From NCBI RefSeq assembly GCF_000179635.2, contig NC_014833.1:3180001-3212000 (forward strand): DNA of 32,000 bases, given 5' to 3'. Within the stretch, counting starts at the first letter, position 1; each line of letters begins with the position of its first letter. The DNA comes from Ruminococcus albus 7 = DSM 20455 (GTDB lineage: Bacteria; Bacillota; Clostridia; Oscillospirales; Ruminococcaceae). The translations under genes were made by a program, and so were the position numbers. Below are positions 9,433 through 19,040 of the stretch, in pieces. A model generated the notes under the pieces. The model had not been told where the DNA came from, did not search any database, and saw only the letters and a list, made by a program, of their open reading frames with translations.

Positions 9433-10185
9433 ATGAAAATTTCTAAGATCTTTGCAGGAATGTCTGCACTGGCTATCGCAGCAACAATGGCTATACCTGC
9501 ATTCGCAGACACCACTTTCACTAATGACACAGGTCTTGACTATATTGAGGTCAAGGAAGGCAATCAGCTCTACGTTGATCTGGCTGCAAGCCCTTATGAT
9601 CCTGCTACTGTATCCGCAGTTAAGATCTCTTTCAGCATTGATGATTCTGACGGATTCGGCGGCGGTCTGATGCTCAACAGCAATAAGAGCGGCTGGGATC
9701 AGAATGACACTGATTGGTCCTGGGGCAATGAAGGCGCAGAGAAGGCTATCACTGCTGAGGGTTCTGACGGCGCTTACACACTGACATTTGATTTCGGCGC
9801 TAAGGGCGAAGAGTACTGGGGTGCTCCTACTGATGAGAAGTACTTTGCACAGGTAGTTTGCCAGCTCTGGTGGGGCAAGGATGCTTCCATAACAGGCATC
9901 GAGATCACCGGTGAAGAGAAGGCAGCTGCTCCCGAGAGCCAGCCTGAGTCCAAGGCTGATGAGTCTTCCAGCAATTCTTCTGAGTCCAAGGCTGCTGAGT
10001 CTTCCAGCAAGGCTGCTGAAACTGCATCTTCCAAGGCTGCAGTAAACAACAACACAACTACAACTGCTTCTTCCGCAGCTGCTGCTTCTGACAACACAAA
10101 CCAGGCAACAGGTGCTACCGCAGGTCTTGCTCTTGCAGGTCTTGCTCTTGCAGGCGCTGTTGCAGTAGTTTCCAAGAGAAAGTAA
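9433..10185 (+). CDS. small secreted, probably cell-wall-anchored protein (beta-sandwich/CBM-like module, Ser/Ala-rich linker, sortase-type C-terminus)
   Basis: GGAGG 8 nt upstream of ATG 9433. Signal peptide MKISKIFAGMSALAIAATMAIPAFA. The C-terminus is ..NQATG-ATAGLALAGLALAGAVAVV-SKRK (TG motif, hydrophobic helix, basic tail). A perfect 15-bp tandem duplication at 10120-10149 encodes AGLAL twice. Confidence 0.75.
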   Translation: MKISKIFAGMSALAIAATMAIPAFADTTFTNDTGLDYIEVKEGNQLYVDLAASPYDPATVSAVKISFSIDDSDGFGGGLMLNSNKSGWDQNDTDWSWGNEGAEKAITAEGSDGAYTLTFDFGAKGEEYWGAPTDEKYFAQVVCQLWWGKDASITGIEITGEEKAAAPESQPESKADESSSNSSESKAAESSSKAAETASSKAAVNNNTTTTASSAAAASDNTNQATGATAGLALAGLALAGAVAVVSKRK

Positions 10186-10222
10186 TCTCCGCGGATAACG
10201 AAGATAATTTATAACAATATAA

Positions 10223-10257
10223 AGCTGTGTGACCATTTTCGGTCACGCAGCTTTTTT
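10223..10257 (+). terminator. rho-independent terminator
   Basis: Stem gctgtgtgacc / ggtcacgcagc (one G-U pair) with loop atttt, followed by TTTTTT. Confidence 0.75.
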
Positions 10258-10263
10258 ATCGGA

Positions 10264-10307
10264 GAAAAAAGATATCCGGCTCTCAGCAAAGCCGAAAGTC
10301 GGATATC
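10264..10307 (-). terminator. rho-independent terminator of eno
   Basis: Outer stem gatatccg (10271-10278) / cggatatc (10300-10307), followed on the minus strand by a T-run (A-run 10265-10270 on plus). Confidence 0.55.
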
Positions 10308-10330
10308 GTATATTATAATTTGGAGAAATT

Positions 10331-11662
<1,332 letters not shown>

Positions 11663-11792
11663 TTATTTAACGTGATCTCTCACATTATTGACTCGCAGGC
11701 CCTGTTTATTCAATGTCCGCCCTATCGCACAAGGCATATTGAAAGGAGCCTGCTTTTGATCTATTCGCAGTTAGTTTTTACTAACTAACTCA

Positions 11793-11821
11793 ATTATAAC
11801 AGAGTTCTTCTGATTTGTCAA
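11793..11821 (-). promoter_or_regulatory. consensus sigma-70 promoter of eno
   Basis: Minus strand reads TTGACA, 17 nt, TATAAT (perfect hexamers). This implies a leader of about 150 nt. Confidence 0.6.
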
Positions 11822-11831
11822 GAGGATATAC

Positions 11832-11867
11832 AAAAAAACAGAGCACTGTGTTCATCACACAGCGCTC
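11832..11867 (-). terminator. rho-independent terminator after the anti-sigma gene
   Basis: Stem gagcactgtg / cacagcgctc (one mismatch), followed on the minus strand by TGTTTTTTT. Confidence 0.65.
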
Positions 11868-11901
11868 CGCATTTGCGTTTTGTTGTCTTTGGTAGTATTT
11901 G

Positions 11902-13452
11902 TCATTTCTTTATGTCGGTTATATCTATATTGAAGTTTGCTTCAAACTTGCCTTTTTCCTCGGTCTCGCCAATTCTTACAGTATTTACCTCAAGTTTCAG
12001 CGGAACACTGCTGTCCACTTCCGAGAGAGGCTTTTCTGCGTGGAATACGCAGGCTACGTGATTTTTCATATTGTCTTCTGTCAGCCAGTTTATACCTGAA
12101 TCCACAGCGGAAGAATCCGTCAGCTTCATAATGGGCTCAAAATCGCCATAAATAAAGTCCATGTGATCTGCCACCCATTCATCATAATTGAATGCACTGC
12201 CGTCCTTGTTTGAAACGTCTATAACTACTCCGTAGGTATTGTCGTTCCTATTGTAGAATAGTCTGCTAAGTTCCATATTATATGAATCAAATTCCTTTGT
12301 GGTAACGCCCTTATCTCTTACGTTAAGGTCGATATCCTTCGGATTATTTTCATAGGTATCAACATTTCCGCCTGTGTAGCTAAGACCGTCACTTATCAAA
12401 ATAGTAGCTCCGTTGCTCTCGAAATTGTTAGGCCATTTAATCCCGATTATCTCACCATCGGGAAAATCCTGACCAGATTCGGCCTCAACATTGAAAGGCA
12501 GGCTCTGGAATTCACACCAGTTCTTTATTGCATCATAATTGAACCTGCCACACATTGACCAAAGGATATCCGTGTAGTAATTATCCAAACCGTTCTCGTA
12601 CAGACCGCAAAGATAATCGCCGTATATACCCTCGGAAGTATCGGTTATAATATGACCCGGACGGTAAACATTCACATACCTCGCTGCATCGTTATCCCAC
12701 CTGAACATTGTAAGATCATCGGTGAGTTCAAGAGAATATCTGCCCGATGTGCTCTGAACACCGTTCTTTGCACACACCAGTATCTTATCTCCCTTGGCAA
12801 GCAGTTCTTCTACCTGAGTTTTCTCCATTATGCTGAACTCGTCAGGTATAGTAGTATCACCTGTAAACTTGAAAACTATTCCTGCATTATCATTCTCATC
12901 AATGAGCGAGCAGGTATAATCTGTATATTCCTCTCCGTCTATTGTTTCCTTCTGAATGTCCGTTATCCGAACCAGACCCACAAAGTCTGATTTGTCTATG
13001 AGATCGATTGTATCTCTGTCCACCTCATCTCGCCATGATATTTCGGATTTCTCTCCCTCTTCTCCAGCCTCTTCAGCTTTCTTTTCCTTTTCTTTTTCTT
13101 TCTCTTTCTTATCGTCTTTTATTTTTTCTCTTTCTATCGTCTTAATGCTTGTATCATGATCTTCCGACAGTTCTTCTGTTTCTGCTGTGCTGTCCTCAGA
13201 ATCTGTTGTGCAAGACGTTTCTGTAGCCGCAGCTGAAATATCATTATTGCGGTCTATGTCCATACGTCCTGCTGCAAAAATTCCGCCGCCGATGACCAGT
13301 ACTGCGCAGGCTGCTGCTATGATGCCGCCCTTGCTGCTTCGGATCCTTGCTTTTCCTCCTGTGCCTGTCATATTGTTGTCCTCCATGTCCTGCTGTATGA
13401 TAACAGCCGTTTCGCCGTCTGCGTGAGAGATCTCTCTTATATTATCTTTCAT
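11902..13452 (-). CDS. 3' portion (516 codons) of an IS-interrupted single-pass anti-sigma factor: TM plus large extracytoplasmic domain
   Basis: Frame-continuous with the 30-codon fragment at 14473-14561 once the IS and one TSD copy are removed. TM GGIIAAACAVLVIGGGIFAA, a KEKEKEKEKK acidic/basic linker, then a ~400-aa extracellular domain. The first in-frame ATG (13452-13450) is supplied by the terminal 3 nt of the IS. The track ORF (to 13512) reads out of the IS end. Confidence 0.7.
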   Translation of the reverse strand: MKDNIREISHADGETAVIIQQDMEDNNMTGTGGKARIRSSKGGIIAAACAVLVIGGGIFAAGRMDIDRNNDISAAATETSCTTDSEDSTAETEELSEDHDTSIKTIEREKIKDDKKEKEKEKEKKAEEAGEEGEKSEISWRDEVDRDTIDLIDKSDFVGLVRITDIQKETIDGEEYTDYTCSLIDENDNAGIVFKFTGDTTIPDEFSIMEKTQVEELLAKGDKILVCAKNGVQSTSGRYSLELTDDLTMFRWDNDAARYVNVYRPGHIITDTSEGIYGDYLCGLYENGLDNYYTDILWSMCGRFNYDAIKNWCEFQSLPFNVEAESGQDFPDGEIIGIKWPNNFESNGATILISDGLSYTGGNVDTYENNPKDIDLNVRDKGVTTKEFDSYNMELSRLFYNRNDNTYGVVIDVSNKDGSAFNYDEWVADHMDFIYGDFEPIMKLTDSSAVDSGINWLTEDNMKNHVACVFHAEKPLSEVDSSVPLKLEVNTVRIGETEEKGKFEANFNIDITDIKK

Positions 13453-14472
13453 GGTTATCCCTTTAACACACCACAGATAATTTACAATGCTGTCCAAATA
13501 AACAGACCTCAAAAACCGGAAAATATAGTATAATAGTGACAGGAAACGAAAGGAGCTGTCGCTATGTCAAAAAGATTTCCGAAACCTGAGATCACACTTG
13601 ATGGGATATATTCAAAGTTCGCAGATGAAAGCTTTTGCAAGGATTTTCTGCTTGATATCCGCTTTGAAAAGGGCTTTGCCTGCCCGTTTTGCGGTGGCTC
13701 TGAGTACCGCAGGATAAGGTCACGCCATCTGCTGCGCTGCAAGTTCTGTAAAGCAGATATATCCGCCACAAACGGAACTTTTATGCACAGAACACATATT
13801 CCGCTCAGACTGTGGATAGTCACCGCATTCCTCATTATGAGCAACAAATGCAGTGTTTCTGCTGTTACGCTGATGAGGTCTTTGGGGGTGACCTACAAGA
13901 CTGCATGGTACATCCTTCACCGCATCAGAAAAGCTATGAAATGCCGTGAAGAACGCTATTTGCTCGACGGAATCGTTGAACTTGATGACACGTATCTCGG
14001 TGCTCCGACTCACGGTAAAAAGCGCGGCAGAGGTACTGAAAAAGTCAAGATGATCGTAGCTTTATCGAAGAACGCAGCAGGAAATCCCGAGTACGTTAAA
14101 ATGAGAGATGTGCCGAATTTAAAGGGTATAACTGTGGGTAGATTTGCCAGGGATAATATCCGCGCTGGCTCGAAGATCGAGAGTGATAATGCTCGAAGTT
14201 ACAAGAAACCGTTGGCACAGAAATACTTCCATGTTTTTGAAACATATGATCCGACAAGCGGTCAGCTGAATTGGATGCATAAAGTTATATCAAACTTCAA
14301 AGCAATGATCATGGGAACTTACCACGGAAACGAAAAGATCCACACAGCGTTATATGCTGCCGAATACTGTTACAAATTCAACCGTCGTAAGCTGGGAAAC
14401 AGTGCGTATTTAAGGCTTTTGGCTGCTTTGGTGCAGTGATCTTACTTGTGGTGTGTTAAGGGGATAACCATA
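13450..14472 (+). mobile_element. IS1595-family insertion sequence (~1.02 kb) with 26-bp imperfect terminal inverted repeats and 8-bp TSD
   Basis: IRL 13450-13475 is cATGGTTATCCCtTTAACACACCACA; the rc of IRR 14447-14472 is tATGGTTATCCCcTTAACACACCACA (24/26 identical). The direct repeat TTATCTTT is at 13442-13449 and 14473-14480. There is a single transposase ORF. Confidence 0.85.
13564..14439 (+). CDS. IS1595-family DDE transposase with N-terminal zinc ribbon
   Basis: 291 aa. Zinc ribbon CPFCGG..17..CKFC, helix-turn-helix-like GVTYKTAWYILHRIRKAM, DDE-type motifs VELDDTY, IESDNARSY, AEYCYKFNRR. AAAGGAG lies 8 nt upstream of the ATG. Confidence 0.85.
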   Translation: MSKRFPKPEITLDGIYSKFADESFCKDFLLDIRFEKGFACPFCGGSEYRRIRSRHLLRCKFCKADISATNGTFMHRTHIPLRLWIVTAFLIMSNKCSVSAVTLMRSLGVTYKTAWYILHRIRKAMKCREERYLLDGIVELDDTYLGAPTHGKKRGRGTEKVKMIVALSKNAAGNPEYVKMRDVPNLKGITVGRFARDNIRAGSKIESDNARSYKKPLAQKYFHVFETYDPTSGQLNWMHKVISNFKAMIMGTYHGNEKIHTALYAAEYCYKFNRRKLGNSAYLRLLAALVQ

Positions 14473-14561
14473 TTATCTTTTTCTGCAGCTGCGATGATCT
14501 CATCGAACAATCTTTTCTTTGTATCTGTCTCATATCTCTTTACTCCGTCCGAAAATCGCAT
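14473..14561 (-). pseudogene. 5' fragment (30 codons) of the anti-sigma factor gene, severed by the IS
   Basis: ATG 14561-14559 has AAGGAGG (rc of 14571-14577) 9 nt upstream and overlaps the sigma gene 3' end by 32 nt. It reads MRFSDGVKRYETDTKKRLFDEIIAAAEKDN, then runs into the IS and stops after 9 IS-encoded codons (TAA at 14444-14442). Confidence 0.7.
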
Positions 14562-15069
14562 ATCTCTCACCCTCCTTTATCTCTTTTCTGAGCTTTTTCA
14601 GTGCACGGTACATTTTTGACTTTACCGTGGACTCCGCCAGCCCAAGCGCTTTTGCTGTCCTTTCAATTGTGTAGTCGTGACCGAAGTGCAAAAGGAATAT
14701 CCTGTAAGTAACTTCGTCCGATTCTTTCAGGCATTGAAGTATCTCTTCATACGTAAAGCCGTCGTCATTCTCCAGACTGTTCAGTGCTTTCTCATCTACT
14801 ATCTCTACTCCGTCATCAATGCTGTCGTTCACTTTCTTTGATCTGTAATAGTCTGTCAGACCATGCCTGGCACTGCGCATAAGGTAATGCTTGGGTTCAA
14901 GTATCCTGTCGCCTGCCAGCATACGTTTGTACAAATTGAGATATACACTTTGCAGGATATCCTCGGCTGTTTCACGCGAGTCCGCCTTGACGATGAGATA
15001 TTTATATATGTAGTCATAGGTCTTGTTGTATATCATCTCAAAGCGGTCCCTGACGTTTTCTTCGCTCAC
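14530..15069 (-). CDS. RNA polymerase sigma-70 family factor, ECF-like
   Basis: 179 aa. Region 2-like ETAEDILQSVYLNLYKRM, region 4 HTH ERTAKALGLAESTVKSKMYRALKKLRKEI. GTG start 15069 follows an AGGAGG-rich Shine-Dalgarno. Confidence 0.85.
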   Translation of the reverse strand: MSEENVRDRFEMIYNKTYDYIYKYLIVKADSRETAEDILQSVYLNLYKRMLAGDRILEPKHYLMRSARHGLTDYYRSKKVNDSIDDGVEIVDEKALNSLENDDGFTYEEILQCLKESDEVTYRIFLLHFGHDYTIERTAKALGLAESTVKSKMYRALKKLRKEIKEGERYAIFGRSKEI

Positions 15070-15099
15070 GGCTCTCCTCTCCTCCTTTCTTCAAGGGTC

Positions 15100-15315
15100 T
15101 TTGCCCTTTCACTTTATCAGACGAAATATCTTTGCAAAAAGTTTCACTTTCCAAAAATTTTTTTCTGATAAAGTGCAGTGGTTTTGCCCTTACACCTTAT
15201 CAGACGAAATACCGTTGTGAAAAGTTTCACTTTTCAAAAAATATTTTTTATAAAGTTTGTGGTGCTTTGCCCTTTCACCTTATCAGACATACTTGTCTGC
15301 AAAAAAGTTTCAGCA
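15100..15315. repeat. three tandem copies (period 83 bp; third copy partial) of an intergenic unit upstream of the sigma gene
   Basis: TTTGCCC starts at 15100, 15183 and 15266. Each unit contains, on the minus strand, TGAAAC, 17 nt, CGTC (copies 1 and 2) or TGTC (copy 3). Confidence 0.85.
15120..15146 (-). promoter_or_regulatory. ECF-type promoter motif (proximal copy), probable autoregulated sigma promoter
   Basis: Minus strand reads TGAAAC (15146-15141), 17 nt, CGTC (15123-15120), about 50 nt upstream of GTG 15069. This matches the AAC / CGT signature of Bacillus-type ECF promoters. Confidence 0.55.
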
Positions 15316-15325
15316 AGATACAAAT

Positions 15326-15349
15326 CGCCCACGGATTTTTCCGCGGGCG
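15326..15349 (-). terminator. probable terminator of the esterase-GH43 operon
   Basis: 10-bp stem cgcccgcgga / tccgtgggcg (one G-U pair) on the minus strand, followed by the moderately T-rich ATTTGTATCTT. Confidence 0.45.
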
Positions 15350-15370
15350 TTGATCATACAATATAAAGGC

Positions 15371-16771
15371 TTATTCCAGCGTTATGGACTTCAGCTGAGG
15401 GGTGCCGCCGCCCTTGTAGGTCAGCCATATGGCATTTACGCCATCGGGTATGCTTACATCTGTGCCCGATGCAGTCCATACATTATTACCGACAACATTT
15501 ATCTCGCCCAGCACTTCGCCGTCCCATGCGGTCTTTATCTGGAATGTACCGTCGCCGTATGCACGGGTAGCTATGCTTATACGCTTTATGCCCTTGCAGT
15601 CGAAATACTTGAAACCGATGTTGGTGCCGTCGCAGATATTTGCAATATAGCCTATCTCCTCATCACCGTCTCTGCCGTCCTGCACTATACGCGGAGAATT
15701 GAGATCACCGATGTAGAGTTCTTTCTTCTCGGTGAACAGGTTGCAGGCGATATATGCGGGATATTCGCCCTTGCCCTCCAGAGGTCCTCCGTTGAGTCCG
15801 CATGAGGTGATCTCAACCTGCGGGAAACTTCCGTCCTCTTTCAGTGTCAGCTTCTCGGCACAGCCCTGACGCGAGAACCATGTGCCGTTGGTATGTCTGT
15901 GATAGAAGATATACCACTCGTCGTTTATCTCGATGATACTGCCATGATTGTTTGCGCCGCGGCAGGTGGGCATATCGGCGGGCTTGTATGTATCTATATG
16001 CAGGTCGGTATTGCTTACCAACACACCGCCGTACCTGAATCCCTCCATAGGGCTGTCGCTGACTGCGTAGCACAGTTCATGCATAACTTCCGATGAGTAT
16101 ACAAAATAGTAGTTGCCGTTCACCTTGCGTATGGAAGATGCTTCAAAGAATGCGTGTTCTTCCCACTGGGTGCCTGCGCTGTAACAGCTGCCAGGGGCAA
16201 TAAGTTTCGGTTCAGTGAGGACTGTCAGCATATCCTTATCAAGGGTAACTACCTTTGCGCCCGTGCGTGACTTGTCGCCTATACCGCAGAAACCGCTGTA
16301 CATATAGGTAACATCGCCCTCGGTGATAACACCGGGGTCAAACTGGGGTTCATCCCCCTCGCGTTCACCCAGACGTGTACCGTCTTTATAATGTACATAT
16401 CCGTAGAATTCGTACTTGCCCGCAGGTTCATCACATACCGCCACGGACATAACGCCCACCTTGTCAAGCACATAATATAAATAGTATCTGCCGTCGGGAC
16501 CCACCGTAACATCGGGGGCATAGAGGCACATATGACCGTCCTTGTTGAGAGGGTCGGCGTTTCGCGGATATATAACGCCCTCATATCTCCAGTTGCCAAG
16601 GTCGTTCACAGGTGTTGACCAGCAAACGTAGTCCCCCATGCAGAATACATAACCGTTCCAGAGATCGTGTGAACCGTATACATACACCCTGTCCCCGAAA
16701 ACATAGGGTTCTCCGTCGGGTATGTACTCCCAGCTGGGAAGATAAGGATTAAATGCCTGTTTTTTGCTCAT
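15371..16771 (-). CDS. glycoside hydrolase family 43 (beta-xylosidase/alpha-L-arabinofuranosidase type) with C-terminal CBM6-like module
   Basis: 466 aa with the N-terminal NPYLPSWEYIPDGEPYVFGDRVYVYGSHD typical of GH43, and a C-terminal beta-sandwich-like ~130 aa. AGGAGG lies 7 nt upstream of the ATG, 13 nt after the esterase stop. Confidence 0.8.
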   Translation of the reverse strand: MSKKQAFNPYLPSWEYIPDGEPYVFGDRVYVYGSHDLWNGYVFCMGDYVCWSTPVNDLGNWRYEGVIYPRNADPLNKDGHMCLYAPDVTVGPDGRYYLYYVLDKVGVMSVAVCDEPAGKYEFYGYVHYKDGTRLGEREGDEPQFDPGVITEGDVTYMYSGFCGIGDKSRTGAKVVTLDKDMLTVLTEPKLIAPGSCYSAGTQWEEHAFFEASSIRKVNGNYYFVYSSEVMHELCYAVSDSPMEGFRYGGVLVSNTDLHIDTYKPADMPTCRGANNHGSIIEINDEWYIFYHRHTNGTWFSRQGCAEKLTLKEDGSFPQVEITSCGLNGGPLEGKGEYPAYIACNLFTEKKELYIGDLNSPRIVQDGRDGDEEIGYIANICDGTNIGFKYFDCKGIKRISIATRAYGDGTFQIKTAWDGEVLGEINVVGNNVWTASGTDVSIPDGVNAIWLTYKGGGTPQLKSITLE

Positions 16772-16784
16772 GTGATATCCTCCT

Positions 16785-18271
16785 TCATTTTACATGGTCA
16801 AGCAAAAATTTAGTATACGAACTGTTTTCAACTCCTGCCACAGCACCGTCTGAGGTGAACTCCATCTCGGCGCGGTCAGCATCGGTATAGCATCTCCATT
16901 CGTGAAGCTTGTTTCCGTTGATGTCATATCCGTTAGGGTCGCCTGTCTTTATGAAATTTGCCCAGTAATCACACATCTGTCTTGCGAGATCGTAGTGCCT
17001 GCCTTCAAAAGGTCTGGTATCCTTAGCCAGTGTCTCAAAGAAGAACCAGAGGTCAACGGAATGGAAAGTACCCGGGTGATCGTCACCTGGGATATCGGGA
17101 ACAAAGCGGTAATAGTAACATGGCTTTGCATCAGCCATTCTGCTTTCCGCAAGAAATGCAGCTTTCACACCCATTTCGGGGGCAGATACAGGGGCATAGC
17201 CCTGTCCGTATTGTATATGAGCCTCGGGATAAGACAGAAATTCTTCAGCGGAATCACCGAAATACTTCTCTGCCAGTTCCTTCAGCCGATCTTCATTTTC
17301 TGCATGGATGAACTCAAAAAACTCATCGCCGGTATTGCCCGCCATAACAGGCACACGACTGCGTGTTCCGTCACAGAATCCTTCAAGAGGATCGCCTGTG
17401 CAGAAGATCCCGTCATTTACTATGGTGAACATCATGCCCTTATTTATCATCCGATCACTGTAAGTGCGGCGTATAAACTGCGCATCCAGCTTTCTCGCCT
17501 CTTCAAGGGTCTTGACCCCCAGTTCATCAAACAGCATTACACCCAGCTTTTCAGCATCTCTCAGAGTACGGGGTATAAAGAATTCATTTCTCACATAAGG
17601 GTTCTTGAAAAGTCCGCTCATCATCACAGCCTTTTGGAAATCGCCTTCGTTGCTCTTGCTTGCCATCTGCGCCATTACACCGCCGCCGCCTGCGGATTGT
17701 CCTGCAATAGTGATATTATCAGGGTCGCCGCCGAAATTTGCGATATTCCTCCGAACCCATCTGAGTCCTGCCTGCTGATCCAGCGGACCGAAATTACACG
17801 GAGCATCGGGCTGCTCTGCCGTAAGCTGAGGGTGTGCAAGGTAGCCCAAAGCCCCCAGTCTGTAATTCACCGTAACAACTACTATTCCGCGCCTTGCCAG
17901 CCTTTCGCCGTCAAACTCCATCTCAGCGGTATATCCCCACTGAAATGCACCGCCGAAATACCATACAAGTACAGGCATCTTCTCATCGCCTGTCTTTGCG
18001 TTCGTCCATATATTAAGATACAGGCAGTCCTCACCCATGGGTATATCGGGGTCTACGTGCCATTCGCGGCAGTATATATCATCACCGATATAGGCGCATA
18101 CTCAAAGCAATCGCGGGTACCCTCCCAGTTCTCACAGGGCTGAGGTGCTCTCCAGCGGTTCTCACCTACAGGCGGAGCCGCAAACGGTATTCCCTTAAAG
18201 GATGTTATCCTCGGGTCAGCCGCAGGCAATCCACGTACCTTGCCGTTTTCGGTATTAGTTATCCTCAACAT
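16785..18271 (-). pseudogene. type-B carboxylesterase (para-nitrobenzyl esterase-like) split by a frameshift
   Basis: The two track ORFs (18271-18053 and 18038-16785) are the N- and C-terminal parts of one esterase: GIPFAAPPVGENRWRAP.. then ..EDCLYLNIW.., nucleophile elbow GQSAGG. The frames overlap at 18052-18104. The likely 1-nt lesion is near 18084-18090, at the conserved ..YAPIC.. position. Confidence 0.75.
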
Positions 18272-18305
18272 AATATCAACTCCTTACTGTAACATTTTTA
18301 AGTAT

Positions 18306-18334
18306 ATTGTATCATTGATAACTGATTATTGCAA
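18306..18334 (-). promoter_or_regulatory. sigma-70-like promoter of the esterase-GH43 operon
   Basis: Minus strand reads TTGCAA, 17 nt, TACAAT with an extended -10 TG (TGaTACAAT). Confidence 0.5.
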
Positions 18335-18444
18335 GACAGATAACACATTTTTTTGACCAATTATTGCTATATTTACGTACAAATTTCCAATAATTAGATA
18401 ATTGTCACTTTCCCGAAAAAGCAGGCTCACATACCATATTAAGA

Positions 18445-19032
18445 CTATACACCGATCTGCTCAAACAGTTCATCGGTAGACTGACCTGTAAACAGTATTG
18501 CCCTTATGCCCACATTTTCAGCACCGCGGACATTTTTCGGGCTGTCATCAATGAACACTGCATTCTCCTTTTCAATGCCGTACCTCTCGCAGATAAGTTC
18601 ATATATGGCAGGGTCGGGCTTGACTATCTTCTCGTTGCAGGAGAAGATACCACCGTCAGTTTCACGGGTGAATCTAAGTGCTTCGGGTGCAGCATGAAGA
18701 AGGAATTCAAAAAAGTTTGATAGAAAGAACACCCTGTGTCCCCGCTTTTTAAGCTCCCTTATCATGGGTATGGTAGTATCTTTCAACTGCGGTATATTGC
18801 CAAGCTGTGAAAATACGCGGCGTATCTCCCACTCGCAGTCAGGTGCCTGTGCTATGAATTTTTGCAGCACATCCTCAACGGGCAGTACTCCCCTGTCAAG
18901 TTCGATCCAATCGGGGTTTCCCCACATCGCCTTTGTGACGCGGTCGGCTTTGTCGGCATCAACGTACCTCCCGACAAATTCCTCAAAGTCAAAATCTATC
19001 AGCACCTTGCCGATATCAAAAATAATATCCAT
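18445..19032 (-). CDS. HAD-superfamily hydrolase (subfamily IA-like)
   Basis: Motif I FDIGKVLIDF, motif II FFLSNF, motif IV FIDDSPKNV. 195 aa. Confidence 0.8.
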   Translation of the reverse strand: MDIIFDIGKVLIDFDFEEFVGRYVDADKADRVTKAMWGNPDWIELDRGVLPVEDVLQKFIAQAPDCEWEIRRVFSQLGNIPQLKDTTIPMIRELKKRGHRVFFLSNFFEFLLHAAPEALRFTRETDGGIFSCNEKIVKPDPAIYELICERYGIEKENAVFIDDSPKNVRGAENVGIRAILFTGQSTDELFEQIGV

Positions 19033-19040
19033 ATTTCCTC

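Noticed and set aside
15100-15315. Could the 83-bp tandem repeats be a CRISPR array?
   Set aside because: The units are directly adjacent with no unique spacers, the repeat is too long and AT-rich with no typical CRISPR repeat features, and there are only about 2.6 copies. No cas genes are in the window. A duplicated promoter region explains it better.
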